This document shows positions 20,879 through 31,502 of a stretch of DNA of 64,000 bases, in pieces. The translations under genes and the position numbers were made by a program. This stretch comes from Promethearchaeia archaeon (GTDB taxonomy: Archaea; Asgardarchaeota; Lokiarchaeia; Sigyniarchaeales; SOKP01). Numbering within the stretch: the stretch's first letter is position 1; each line of letters starts with the position of its first letter. Below the pieces are notes generated by a model, which worked only from the letters and a program-made list of their open reading frames with translations, did not search any database and was not told the origin of the DNA. Location: the NCBI GenBank assembly GCA_029856045.1, contig JAHQWG010000046.1:32001-96000 (forward strand), read 5' to 3'.

Positions 20879-22387
20879 ATGTGTAGTTCAAAATCAAAAT
20901 TAAAAGGATTATTTTCAATATTATTATTCTTACCATTAATTATCTTTTTAAATACTGATATTGCTATTTTTAATATTAATCTAGTCTTAATTGCGGCAGA
21001 ATTTGATTTAGGCGCAAAATTTGCAGTTCCTGGATTAATTTCGGGATTATATTACATAGTTCTTGCTGTTTTTACATTAATTGCTGGTTATTTTTCTGAT
21101 ATATTTAAGCGAAAATGGCTACTAATTACTGCAGGTGGAATTTGGGCAGTTTCAGAAATTTTTACAGCCTTTTCAATCAATATTGTTATGTTAAGTATTT
21201 TTAGAATAACTGCTGCAATTGGAATTGGAGCAGCAAGCCCAATTTCGATAAGTTTATTGGCAGATATATTTTCTTCCGAGAAGAGAGGGACTTCATTTGC
21301 TTGGTGGAGCCTTGCAACAACTTTTGGTGGACTTCTTGGGGGTGTCTTTTCATTAGTAGTTAATGTTATTCCGTATGATTTCCCCGAAAATTGGTCTTTA
21401 GTGCAAAAAATTAGTTTTATTAAGTTGAATTACCCAGTAGAAATGACCTATTGGCGTTTACCTTTTTTATGGGCAGGATTGATTGGGGTTTGCTTAGTTT
21501 TTCTTTGTTTTTTAATTAAAGAACCGAAAAGAGCCAGTAAAGAAAGTATATTAAAAGGGATATTATCGGACGAGAAAATTGATTATTCTCGCTCTTATCG
21601 AATAAAGATAAATGATTTGAAAAAAATTTTTACTAAACGTTCTAATTTCTGGTTGATTATAAATTTTGTAGATACGATTTTATATGGATTTTTATTAACA
21701 TATATCATAACATACATAACGATTGAGGTTGGATTTTCTCTAACAGATATTACTTCAATTGTAATGTTATTAGTTTTTCTTTTACCAATCATAATTTCAA
21801 TGTTTGCTGGACAGTTTTATTTTGCTAGATTAGGTGATAAAAAAGTATCTAAAGGAGATCCGGCAGGTCGAGTTAAAGTTGCTATTATATGTGGTTTAGT
21901 TCATATTCCATTTTTATTTTTTGGGTTTTTATTTTATCCTAATGTATCGCATTTAACTTTTTTTAAGGGAACTCTAGATCTATCTAATGTGTTGCCACTA
22001 TTTTGGATAGTACTCATAATAATGAGTCTAACAATTGGAGTAGGCATGTTTTTCGAATTTGGGATAGGTCCCTGTTGGTTTTCCAGTATGGTGGATGTAA
22101 ATTTACCGGAACATCGAGGTACTGCATATGCTATGGCAGCTATGATGGATGCAATTGGAAGGGCTTTAGGACCAATAATAGGTGGGTTATTGGTTGATCA
22201 CTACACAAGTATTGGAGAGATCTATCCTTTCGGCACGACTATAGTAATTTCTATATTATCTTTTGGTATAATTTCGGGGCTCTTATGGCTTCCCATCTAT
22301 AAATATTGTAATAAAGATTTTGCTGAAATTGGGGCAATATTAGAACAAAGGGCTGAAGAACTTAAAAAACAATCAGTTACAAAGTAA
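20879..22387 (+). CDS. Major facilitator superfamily transporter
   Basis: GYFSDIFKRK motif A, ADIFSSEKRG, about 12 TM segments. Confidence 0.92.
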   Translation: MCSSKSKLKGLFSILLFLPLIIFLNTDIAIFNINLVLIAAEFDLGAKFAVPGLISGLYYIVLAVFTLIAGYFSDIFKRKWLLITAGGIWAVSEIFTAFSINIVMLSIFRITAAIGIGAASPISISLLADIFSSEKRGTSFAWWSLATTFGGLLGGVFSLVVNVIPYDFPENWSLVQKISFIKLNYPVEMTYWRLPFLWAGLIGVCLVFLCFLIKEPKRASKESILKGILSDEKIDYSRSYRIKINDLKKIFTKRSNFWLIINFVDTILYGFLLTYIITYITIEVGFSLTDITSIVMLLVFLLPIIISMFAGQFYFARLGDKKVSKGDPAGRVKVAIICGLVHIPFLFFGFLFYPNVSHLTFFKGTLDLSNVLPLFWIVLIIMSLTIGVGMFFEFGIGPCWFSSMVDVNLPEHRGTAYAMAAMMDAIGRALGPIIGGLLVDHYTSIGEIYPFGTTIVISILSFGIISGLLWLPIYKYCNKDFAEIGAILEQRAEELKKQSVTK

Positions 22388-22518
22388 AAATCTTTGAATT
22401 TGTTGATAAAATTGAGAGATATCTTAAAGCCAAACTCCCAAGATATCGATAATTTCTAAAATCAATAAATATCATACGGAATAATAACAAAACCATAAGA
22501 TTTTAGATATAATTATTA

Positions 22519-23328
22519 TTAAATTCCTTTCGAAAAAAGATTCTTATGACATGAACAACATGGAATTCCAATTTTTATTTCATTTTGTAAATTATTGTCA
22601 ATTACTTTAGATTTTTTAATTATTTCTAACAAGTTTTCCCTTATTTTTATCAGATCAGGGTTATTACTTAAATAAAACTTTTTTAAATATGAAATATGAT
22701 TTTCTCTCTTACAAATTGGGCAGATTAAAAATAAATTTAAAAACTTTTGATAATATTTTCTTTTTTTACCTCTTAGTTTTTTCTCTAACTTAATAAAACT
22801 TGATTCTGAACCGAGGTTTTCAAGAATTTTACTTGCTAATTGGGTTAGTATAATTTTCTTTTTGATTCCAATATGAGAGGATAATAGAAAAAATTTTTCA
22901 ATTTGGTTGTCCTCAACAAATAGATTGATTTTATTATATAGTTCATCATGGATTATATCAGATTTATATCCTACTAAAAAGATTGGAATGTTATTGGTAT
23001 TATTTTTAATAATTCTTATCCAATAATACAAATTATTGAATAAATCATCTTCTGAAGCATCAAAAAACAGTAAGCACCCTTTAGCACCTCTGAAAAAGTT
23101 GGGGTATATTGAACGAAATCTATAGCTTCCATTTATATCCCAAATAGTCATTTTTAAGATATCTTCGTGTTCATTTGAACATTTTACAACTTTAATTGAA
23201 ACACCTATGGTTAAAGAAGATGTGTTATCAAAAGAATTTGAATATTGATCTATACTATTAAAAAAATCAAATTTACCAGAATTATATGATCCAACTGCTA
23301 TAACTTTAGAAATATATAATCCTGGCAT
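22519..23328 (-). CDS. Rab/Ras-like small GTPase with degenerate G-boxes and a C-terminal Cys cluster
   Basis: KVIAVGSYNSGK, TIGV, IWDINGSYRFRS, FFRGAKGCLLFFD, VGYKSD; C-terminal CPIC...CCSC. Confidence 0.85.
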   Translation of the reverse strand: MPGLYISKVIAVGSYNSGKFDFFNSIDQYSNSFDNTSSLTIGVSIKVVKCSNEHEDILKMTIWDINGSYRFRSIYPNFFRGAKGCLLFFDASEDDLFNNLYYWIRIIKNNTNNIPIFLVGYKSDIIHDELYNKINLFVEDNQIEKFFLLSSHIGIKKKIILTQLASKILENLGSESSFIKLEKKLRGKKRKYYQKFLNLFLICPICKRENHISYLKKFYLSNNPDLIKIRENLLEIIKKSKVIDNNLQNEIKIGIPCCSCHKNLFSKGI

Positions 23329-23537
23329 ATTATATCCACGCGAATTAACTTAAAACATTTATAATACTTAACTCCAATCAAATTAATAAACATTTAACTA
23401 TAAAAATTTTAAGATTTTATTCATTTAATTGTTATCTTTGAAGTAATTCCTAATTTAATTGATTTTAATCATTAACAATTATTAATTTATATTCAAAAAT
23501 AATTTTTAAGCAATTTAATATAATAAAAAAAATAAGT

Positions 23538-24869
23538 TTAAAATTCAATTTTTGGAAAAATATGTTCTTCTTTACGTAATGGTTTGTACTTGAAGAATCG
23601 ACGTGATTCGCTATCTTCCAGCACTAGATTAGACCCACCGCCATGGACCATACAGTAAGGGTCAAGTATACCTATAGGGACGCTATACTGCCTAATGAAT
23701 CCACGGCCACCCATAGTTCGAAAACAGTGCACAGCCGCCTCAAAAGCTAATTCTGACGCAGCAACTTTTAAACCCATTGTTTGCTGAGCCATTAATTTTC
23801 CGCTTCCCAATTCTGGATATTTATCTATTTCTCTCGCGTAATTAATTAATGCTGCAATTAATAAATTTAGTTCCCGAATATTTTTAGAAATTGGGAATCT
23901 AATAACTTGATATTGGTGTAACTTTTTCTCAAATTGTTTTCTCTGAAGAGCATATGTGTGTGAATATAATAGTTTCTTCATTGCGTCACCAAGCGCTTCT
24001 GCACTAATGACAAGGCGTTCTTCTGTGAGCTGGTGGAACATTATATCCATACCTGAACCTTTTAGCATATTCTCTATAGGAATTTCTACTTTATCAAATA
24101 TTAAACGACTTACAAATGCATCTGTCATTCCGTAGGTTCTAACTCTACTCGCTTTAAAATTCTCTAACTGTTGATTTTCAGTGTCAACAATAATTGCTCC
24201 GATTGAGCCTTTATTAACTCGACCGTATAAAATTAAATATTTACAAATCATACCATTTGTTATAAAGACTTTTTTACCTTTTGCAATAACTTTATCTCCT
24301 TGGGTTTGGAGATTTAATTCCATTCTTGCGATATCACTACCTGCGTTAAATTCAGTCATAGCGGACGCACCAACTTCTCCATCCCCTGCAACAGGAACTA
24401 AGAATGTTTCCCATTGATATTCATTTGCTTTATAAGAAACGGGATTGCAATAAAGTGTACCTCCCGCTAAACGTCCCATTTCAATACTCCAATTCCCAGC
24501 TATATATCTTTCGCTTTTTTCTGACCATCTTCCACCGCATAGAGCAAAAGCGATGAGGATATTCCTCATTATTCTCCCAACTTCGTATTTTTCAGGATAA
24601 AGAACCGTGCTATAATATCCTTTCTCTGCCAATTTTTTCATTATTTTAATTACAATATCTTTTTTTTTATCTTGAGTTGGTTCCTCCACAAGATAATTTA
24701 ATTCTTCCAAAGTCCTCAAATCTTTATCAAGTTCTTTTTCTAAGAAATCATAAAAAGTAGCCAAAAATTCCTTTTCTTGCACGTTTAATAATGGGTTATT
24801 TAATAAGTCTAATTCTGGAACATATTTTTGTATTTGAATTGGTTTAAAGTCTCTTAATCTTGTATCCAT
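23538..24869 (-). CDS. Acyl-CoA dehydrogenase
   Basis: AMTEFNAGSD, GKKVFITNG, EERLVISA, RKQFEK, MGGRGF. Confidence 0.9.
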   Translation of the reverse strand: MDTRLRDFKPIQIQKYVPELDLLNNPLLNVQEKEFLATFYDFLEKELDKDLRTLEELNYLVEEPTQDKKKDIVIKIMKKLAEKGYYSTVLYPEKYEVGRIMRNILIAFALCGGRWSEKSERYIAGNWSIEMGRLAGGTLYCNPVSYKANEYQWETFLVPVAGDGEVGASAMTEFNAGSDIARMELNLQTQGDKVIAKGKKVFITNGMICKYLILYGRVNKGSIGAIIVDTENQQLENFKASRVRTYGMTDAFVSRLIFDKVEIPIENMLKGSGMDIMFHQLTEERLVISAEALGDAMKKLLYSHTYALQRKQFEKKLHQYQVIRFPISKNIRELNLLIAALINYAREIDKYPELGSGKLMAQQTMGLKVAASELAFEAAVHCFRTMGGRGFIRQYSVPIGILDPYCMVHGGGSNLVLEDSESRRFFKYKPLRKEEHIFPKIEF

Positions 24870-25005
24870 AATGATTTACACGTTTTTTATTAATTATAAA
24901 TAAATAAGGTTGATTTTAAGATACCATTATATAAAACGTATATAAAAATTAAAATTTAATTCTAAAAAGAAAAGTTGAATGAAAGAAAGAAGAATAAATT
25001 TATTA

Positions 25006-27402
25006 TTATAATGAACACTCTGTTCGGGCAATAATATCGTCTTGTGCATTTTGCGATAATTCGGTAAACAAAACAGAATAACCTGCAATTCTTACAACCA
25101 AACCTCTATATTCATCTGGATTTTTTTGAGCATCAAGGAGAATTTTTTTTCCAACAACATTGAATTGTACCTGGAAACCACCATCAGGTCCAAAAAATGT
25201 TCTTATCAGAGCCGGAAATAATTCTAGCTTTAAAGAATTCGGATGAAATGTCAAAATAAGCGAATTTCCGTTAGTCATTAAATGATTCTGAAGTTTACTG
25301 ACCGAATTAAGAATAGCTGTGGGACCATTTTTATCCATGCCATTTGAAGGGCAGAGACTAGTTGAAAGGACATCCCTTGATTTTCTTCCATTAGCAGAAG
25401 CACCTGTAAAGAAACCAAAAGCTAAATGAAATGATGTTGAGTAGAAACCAGGATTAAATTTTCCACCTCGATAATTTGTATGCTTTGTAATTTCATCACA
25501 ATATACTTTTACCACATCCATAGCAATTTGGTCAACATAATCATCATCATTGCCAAATTTTGGAACTTTATTAATAAATAACTGCCTCCATTCTTCTCCT
25601 TTTCTTCCTTGATAGGTTCCTCTATAATTCTTTCTGAGCATTTCCACTAAATCTTCAAATGGGAGAATATTTTCTTCAAAAACAAATTTCTTAATTACTG
25701 CAAGACTATCCACTACCGTAGCAAAGCCAACTAATTGTGGTCCAGTAAAGTCATATACTGCACCACCATTTGTTATATCAAGTCCTCGTTCAATACAATC
25801 ATCTGTAGTTGCAGATAAAAATGGCTGAGGATTAAGTTCGGAAATTGCTTTATCAAGGGCATTCATAGTTGAAACCATAAAATTAACAAAATATTTCATT
25901 TGATTAACAAATGCATCCCAAAGATCATCATAACTAGCAATTTTTTTATCATTTTTATATCCATATTCCCTTCTAGTAAACATATCAATTCCATTTGCTA
26001 ATGCTAATTCTAAACATTTTACGACATTAATTTGGTTTGCATTGGTTGACCCAAATGATTTATGTGGATGTTGCGGTTCAACACAGCCGATTGGCGCATA
26101 TTCACGAGCATCTTCAAGTGTAAAACCAAGATTTACAAGTCCTTTTATCATTACTTGATCATTAAATAAAGCAATACTTGCGCCCGATTTTATGGATTCT
26201 CCAACTTTAAAAAGAAAATCTTCTGGTGTCTCTTTATGAATTCGAACGGAAAAAGTTGGTTGAACAGTTTTTAAATTAGTATATGCGTCTAATAAGAGGT
26301 ATGATAATTCATTTGTTGCATCGTTTCCCTCACTGTCAACTCCTCCTATCGTTAAATTTTCTGCTATTGGGGGTCCTTCAGCAGCAACAATACCTTTACT
26401 TAGAAGATAATTCCACAATGTTGTTAATTTTAAAAAAAATAATTCAATTAGAAATTGTACTTCATCATTTGAAATTTCTCTTTCGCTTGTATCTTTTAAA
26501 TAATATGGGTATAAATATTGATCTAATCGGCCAATACTTATTGCAAAGCCACCATCTTCCAAGCCAGATATTAAATGAGTAAAATAAATAAGTTGAAGAG
26601 CCTCTTTAAATGACTTTGGTGGATTTTCAGAAATATTGTAACAAATTTCAGAAATTTCAAGAAGTTCTTCTTGACGTTTAGAATTTAATTCATTTTTCGC
26701 TAAATCTTTAGCTAAATTTGAAAATCTTTGAATAAAAGATCTTACTGTATTACAAACAATTATAACAGACTGTAAAAAAATTCTTTTTTTGGTATTTTCT
26801 GGAGTCGAATCAGAAAAATTCTTCATTTTTTCCTCAGCTTTTTGAATTAGACCATTTATTCCATATTTCAAAACATTTTCATGTCCAGGAAAAAAATGAC
26901 CAATGCCATTGGAAAGTTCGGTATCAACAATAAAAACAAGTTTTTCCATCATATCTATTTCATCAGAATTTAAATAAGTTAGAAACCTTGCTCGAACAGT
27001 ATGTTCTTCATTTTTCCAATAAGGAATTATCTCTTCCTTTAGGAATTTTCTCTCTTCATTCGATATGATAAGTGGTTGTACAGGACGACTCTCATAAGTA
27101 TCACAATCTTGTTCAATTGTATCAACTCGAATTTCGGGATATAATGGAGTTCCTACAAATTTAGTCGTTCGGTTACCAACAATAAATTCATTATCCCAAA
27201 TAATTATAGTCATATTAGATAAATAATGTTCCATAGCTTTTGCGAATCGAATTATTGGATTTTCTCCTTTTGTTTTTTTATATGATTCCGTGATTAATTT
27301 AGCTCTTTCCATACAAATTTCTTTCGATTGCTTCACAACTTTTTTTCTCATTTCTAGAGTTCTTTGCTTATAATTTAAATGGGAAACTTGTTCTAACTGC
27401 AA
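25006..27402 (-). CDS. Glycyl radical enzyme (PFL-like, GCVEP eliminase/dehydratase type)
   Basis: SIGRLDQ, PIGCVEP thiyl loop, C-terminal VRIAGYS glycyl loop. Confidence 0.93.
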   Translation of the reverse strand: MQLEQVSHLNYKQRTLEMRKKVVKQSKEICMERAKLITESYKKTKGENPIIRFAKAMEHYLSNMTIIIWDNEFIVGNRTTKFVGTPLYPEIRVDTIEQDCDTYESRPVQPLIISNEERKFLKEEIIPYWKNEEHTVRARFLTYLNSDEIDMMEKLVFIVDTELSNGIGHFFPGHENVLKYGINGLIQKAEEKMKNFSDSTPENTKKRIFLQSVIIVCNTVRSFIQRFSNLAKDLAKNELNSKRQEELLEISEICYNISENPPKSFKEALQLIYFTHLISGLEDGGFAISIGRLDQYLYPYYLKDTSEREISNDEVQFLIELFFLKLTTLWNYLLSKGIVAAEGPPIAENLTIGGVDSEGNDATNELSYLLLDAYTNLKTVQPTFSVRIHKETPEDFLFKVGESIKSGASIALFNDQVMIKGLVNLGFTLEDAREYAPIGCVEPQHPHKSFGSTNANQINVVKCLELALANGIDMFTRREYGYKNDKKIASYDDLWDAFVNQMKYFVNFMVSTMNALDKAISELNPQPFLSATTDDCIERGLDITNGGAVYDFTGPQLVGFATVVDSLAVIKKFVFEENILPFEDLVEMLRKNYRGTYQGRKGEEWRQLFINKVPKFGNDDDYVDQIAMDVVKVYCDEITKHTNYRGGKFNPGFYSTSFHLAFGFFTGASANGRKSRDVLSTSLCPSNGMDKNGPTAILNSVSKLQNHLMTNGNSLILTFHPNSLKLELFPALIRTFFGPDGGFQVQFNVVGKKILLDAQKNPDEYRGLVVRIAGYSVLFTELSQNAQDDIIARTECSL

Positions 27403-27638
27403 TTTAAATCACTAAAAATCGTCAAATTTTTATTTTAATTTAATAGATTAAATAAAACTATATAATTAATTGAATAAATAATTCTCGAAGATAAATATAT
27501 TTAATATATATATCAAAAATTGGTTGAAGATAAAAGAGTTTTTCACTAAAAATTTTAAAAATTTGATTAGTAGAAATATAACTGCTAATGTGAAAGGAAA
27601 GGGAAAAAAAAAGAGATTAAATAAATTTATTAATTTAA

Positions 27639-28232
27639 CTATAAAGTAAATCCTTCAGGTAATTCTGATTCGGGTGTTCCTACTGGGACCCACGAGATAT
27701 CCATAATAGTGTATGTTGGTTTTTTTGTTTGAAAGATTGGTAATACTCGCATACCAATCTTTGGTTCACCTACTGAAAGATAACCCATAAAGATTGTGCA
27801 TACATCTTTGAATTCCACATTAATAAATTTAATTGGCTTTTTTAATGTATTAAAGGCGCCTGATCGTTCAGTAATTATAAAAGAGTGTATCATTGCCGTT
27901 TTCTTTGCTATATCAGTTATATCTATTACCGTATTTTTTCTAAGACAATCAGGACAATAAATTCTGAATGGCATAAATATGGAATCTTTTGATTCACATT
28001 TAGGATTATCACATCTTGAAGCCATTAATTTTCCTTTACTAAGTGATTCAAAAAATATTGCTTCTCCGCCATAGCTATGAATATAAGTCATGTCTCGTGG
28101 ATTAGTTATTCCACATAGTTTTCCATTATCATCAAATATAGGTGTGTTAGGCTCTATTATATGAAATTTACCTTTAATTTTGTATCTGCCATTTTTTACG
28201 GAAACCCGTCCAACATCATTTTCGCTTTTCAT
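27639..28232 (-). CDS. DUF35 Zn-ribbon/OB-fold acyl-CoA-binding protein
   Basis: RCDNPKC...PFRIYCPDC, PKIGMRV; directly downstream of a thiolase-fold gene. Confidence 0.88.
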   Translation of the reverse strand: MKSENDVGRVSVKNGRYKIKGKFHIIEPNTPIFDDNGKLCGITNPRDMTYIHSYGGEAIFFESLSKGKLMASRCDNPKCESKDSIFMPFRIYCPDCLRKNTVIDITDIAKKTAMIHSFIITERSGAFNTLKKPIKFINVEFKDVCTIFMGYLSVGEPKIGMRVLPIFQTKKPTYTIMDISWVPVGTPESELPEGFTL

Positions 28233-28238
28233 GATTTT

Positions 28239-29660
28239 TTAATCCTCCTTTAGTAGATGATTTGGATGCATTAAAATTGTAGCAGTAACATGGGACCCGA
28301 CACCAGCGTGACTGATAGCTAATCCACGTTTAGCACCCTTAACTTGTAAATCAGTCCAGTCCTTAGGTTTTTCTCGACCAAATTTCTTCCATTTCTTTTC
28401 ATCACCGTGTATTTCAGCCCATCGATTCCATATATGATATCCGATTTCAGCAATTTGCATTAAGCCCGTTGCACCAACAGCATGCATACATCCAATTAAA
28501 CCTCCGGAAAGGTTGCTTGGTAAACGCCCAGGTTTGCCAGTTTTAGGATTTGTATGATAACCATCTCCAGATTCAATATAATCACGACCTTCACCATATG
28601 GACGAAGTCCCACATCTTCATATGATTGAATATCACTAATTGTAAATGCATCATGTAGTTCAATTACGTCCAGATCTTCGCATGGATCAACAACTCCTGT
28701 CATATTATATGCATAGTAAGATGCAATACGTGCAGCCAAAAAGCTAGAAAAACCGGGATATCGATCTCCTCCTGGAAATCTCTTTCCTAAATCATCATAT
28801 AGTCCAGGTTCCTCATTGGGTAATAGTGGTATTTTCATATCTCGCCGATCTGCTACACGTAGAGTATGACTTCCTGCACCTATCCAAATTCGTAAAGGAT
28901 TATCTGTAAGTTCATAAGCTGTTTTTTCATCACAAACAACTCCACAAGCAGCTCCTACGCTCATTAAACAACAATCTAAAACTCGAAGCGGATATGCTAC
29001 AACTGGCGAGTTAATTACATCTTCAACAGTAATTTTCATACCACCATGTGCATAGGGATTCATCCTTCCATACCCGCGATTTTTTACAGCAATTTCAGCC
29101 ATAGTTTTTCGAAAAGAATCTTCAGCTTTCCCAAATATTTGCCAATATCTCTGTGCCATAACAGCGTAATAACCTGTATATATATGACCGAGTGGTGTCT
29201 CCCAATCTTTATCTGCTGCACATGCAATCAGGTGATTTCCTTCATCAGTAGGAACTTCATCCATTCTTTCCCATCCCATAGCTAGAGCACAATCGCTGTA
29301 ACCAGAAGCTACTGCTTTAATAGCTTCCCAAATAGTTGAACCCCCTGTAGCTCCCCCTGTTTTTACTCCAATAGTACCAAGAGGATCTAGACCAAGCCGA
29401 TCATGAATAACTGCTTCTCCTAAAAGTTGATCTCCGAAATGATCCGCAAAATGCCCGTAATATGCAGTATGTATATATTGTTTTAATTCAGCAGGAGTCA
29501 TTTTTATAAAATCTGCCGCTGCAGTAAATGCTTCAATACATAGTTCTTCAGTTCGTAAAGTGGGAAAGGCACGACCAAATCTTGACATACCTGATGTTGC
29601 TAAATATACTGGTCGCGCCATTTTTGGAATCTTAAGTTGTTTATCACTAAATTTAATCAT
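28239..29660 (-). CDS. Thiolase-fold (SCP2-type) protein lacking the nucleophilic Cys
   Basis: TGGATGG in place of the CxxG loop, ELHDAFT, SGGLIGCMHAVGATG. Confidence 0.9.
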   Translation of the reverse strand: MIKFSDKQLKIPKMARPVYLATSGMSRFGRAFPTLRTEELCIEAFTAAADFIKMTPAELKQYIHTAYYGHFADHFGDQLLGEAVIHDRLGLDPLGTIGVKTGGATGGSTIWEAIKAVASGYSDCALAMGWERMDEVPTDEGNHLIACAADKDWETPLGHIYTGYYAVMAQRYWQIFGKAEDSFRKTMAEIAVKNRGYGRMNPYAHGGMKITVEDVINSPVVAYPLRVLDCCLMSVGAACGVVCDEKTAYELTDNPLRIWIGAGSHTLRVADRRDMKIPLLPNEEPGLYDDLGKRFPGGDRYPGFSSFLAARIASYYAYNMTGVVDPCEDLDVIELHDAFTISDIQSYEDVGLRPYGEGRDYIESGDGYHTNPKTGKPGRLPSNLSGGLIGCMHAVGATGLMQIAEIGYHIWNRWAEIHGDEKKWKKFGREKPKDWTDLQVKGAKRGLAISHAGVGSHVTATILMHPNHLLKED

Positions 29661-29812
29661 TTAAACTCATCTTTTGTAGTTAGTTTGAATTTTTTTTAAA
29701 GTATGTAGTAAAATTAATGATTATATTAAAATTAAGTTAAAGAATTAGATTAATTATTCTTTGAATATTTAACTAATTATCTTTAAATCTTTTAAAAAGT
29801 TGAAAAGTTAAA

Positions 29813-31348
29813 ATGGTTGAAGTAGACACTTTTTTTTGGTGGAGTGATGAACAGAAAGAATTTGCGAAAAAAGTTGCTCAATTTGTAGAGGATAATTTAG
29901 AGGAAGCAGAATATTATTTTTGGAAGCAAAAATTCCCTCATTCAATAGTGAAAAAAGTTGCAAAAGAAGGCTTTTTTGGACCTGGCGTTCCAAAACAGTA
30001 TGGAGGATTGGGATTAGGAGCCACGGGAGGATGCATTGCAGCCGAACATTTAGGGAGTTTATATGCAGTTGGACATGTTTTTACAGTATCAATGTTGGCA
30101 GGATTAGAACAAATTTTAAGATTCGGTACCGAAGAACAAAAGGAGACATGGTTTCCCTCTGTTGCAAATGGCTCGGAGATAGGGGCAGTATGTATTACGG
30201 AACCATTTGCAGGGTCGGACGCGGCAAATGTTATGACAACGGCAACTAAAGATGGAGACGAGTGGGTTTTAAACGGTAAAAAGAGAATGATAACTGGTGC
30301 TGGAGTTGCTGATAGATATTTTGTATACGCTAAAACAAGCGACGATCCGGCAATCCGAAAGCAGTACGCACATATAACCAGTTTTGTGGTCAAAAAAGGC
30401 ACTCCAGGATTTAGTCTCGAAAAGATAAATCCTCTTATAGGTTTTGATAATGCTCCTAATGGTTATCTAGATTTTGATAACGTTAGGATCCCCGATTTCA
30501 ATAGGGTTGGTGAAGTAGGGAAAGGATGGGCTGTTATGATGGCAGCTTTAAATTTTGAGCGGTTGATTGGCTCTGCAGTTTTAATAGGCGGAGTTAAGGA
30601 TATCATCCAATTTATCTTCCACTATACTAAACGCAGAATTCAATTTAATAGGCCCATTAATCGTATTAGAAACATTCAGTTTGACATTGCTGATATCATC
30701 ACTAAATATAAAATGGCGAGGCTATACTCATATCACACTGCACATCAACTCGATTCTGGTATGGAGCCGATGATTGAAGCGTCAATTGCGAAGCTAATGA
30801 ACACTGAGTATCTTGTAGAAATAACAAGAAAAGCCATACAGATTTGCGGTGGTGACGCTCTTACCAAATTTTATCCCCTTGAAAGAATGTATAGAGAAGC
30901 GAAAATAGGTGAAATAGTCGCTGGAACTTCTGAAATCCAAAGATTGATTATATATCGCTTTTCGACAATGCTTCCGACGTGGAATAAATCTTTAAAATTC
31001 AGATGGAACGATGAGGTAAATGCTCCTTTAATATCAAAGAGAGATTCCAGGTTTAAAGGTTTAGAAATTAACGAAGAAAATTTATTAAAAGTTATTGCGC
31101 ATGATTATAAGATAAACCCTGGAATTTACATGACTTTAGATGATGTCAGAGAAGATATCGGGGGAAGTAGAGTGAAAATAAAGCAGGGTATTGAATCTCT
31201 TGAAAATCAAGGACTGATTGTTTGTCATCGGGATCGAAGCGGAAAGATTGGTCTTGTTAAGGCAACATATAAAGGACTTTCAAAAGCCTTTCCAAAAGAG
31301 TATTATAGATGGTTTCCTCCTTGGTATGATGAAGCAGACAAGTTTTAA
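29813..31348 (+). CDS. Acyl-CoA dehydrogenase with a C-terminal winged-helix-like extension
   Basis: ITEPFAGSD, LNFERL, RIQFNR, IQICGG, EIVAGTSEIQR, plus about 100 extra C-terminal residues. Confidence 0.9.
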   Translation: MVEVDTFFWWSDEQKEFAKKVAQFVEDNLEEAEYYFWKQKFPHSIVKKVAKEGFFGPGVPKQYGGLGLGATGGCIAAEHLGSLYAVGHVFTVSMLAGLEQILRFGTEEQKETWFPSVANGSEIGAVCITEPFAGSDAANVMTTATKDGDEWVLNGKKRMITGAGVADRYFVYAKTSDDPAIRKQYAHITSFVVKKGTPGFSLEKINPLIGFDNAPNGYLDFDNVRIPDFNRVGEVGKGWAVMMAALNFERLIGSAVLIGGVKDIIQFIFHYTKRRIQFNRPINRIRNIQFDIADIITKYKMARLYSYHTAHQLDSGMEPMIEASIAKLMNTEYLVEITRKAIQICGGDALTKFYPLERMYREAKIGEIVAGTSEIQRLIIYRFSTMLPTWNKSLKFRWNDEVNAPLISKRDSRFKGLEINEENLLKVIAHDYKINPGIYMTLDDVREDIGGSRVKIKQGIESLENQGLIVCHRDRSGKIGLVKATYKGLSKAFPKEYYRWFPPWYDEADKF

Positions 31349-31502
31349 ACATTACTTTTTATCTTTTTTTTTATTTTTAGTATATATATTATAATTTTCA
31401 AATATATTAAAAGAGCTTTAAAACCTTTTTAATTCATAAAAAATTTATAAAATAAATCAATATATTCTAATTATTCCTTTTATCAATAAGTTTTTCATTT
31501 GA

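Noticed and set aside
22418-22447. GATATCTT...AAGATATC inverted repeat between convergent genes
   Set aside because: An 8-bp AT-rich stem is compatible with chance or a simple terminator.
25006-27402. Pyruvate formate-lyase or fumarate-adding alkyl/benzylsuccinate synthase
   Set aside because: No CC motif. GCVEP is not the fumarate-adding type, and no small subunits are present.
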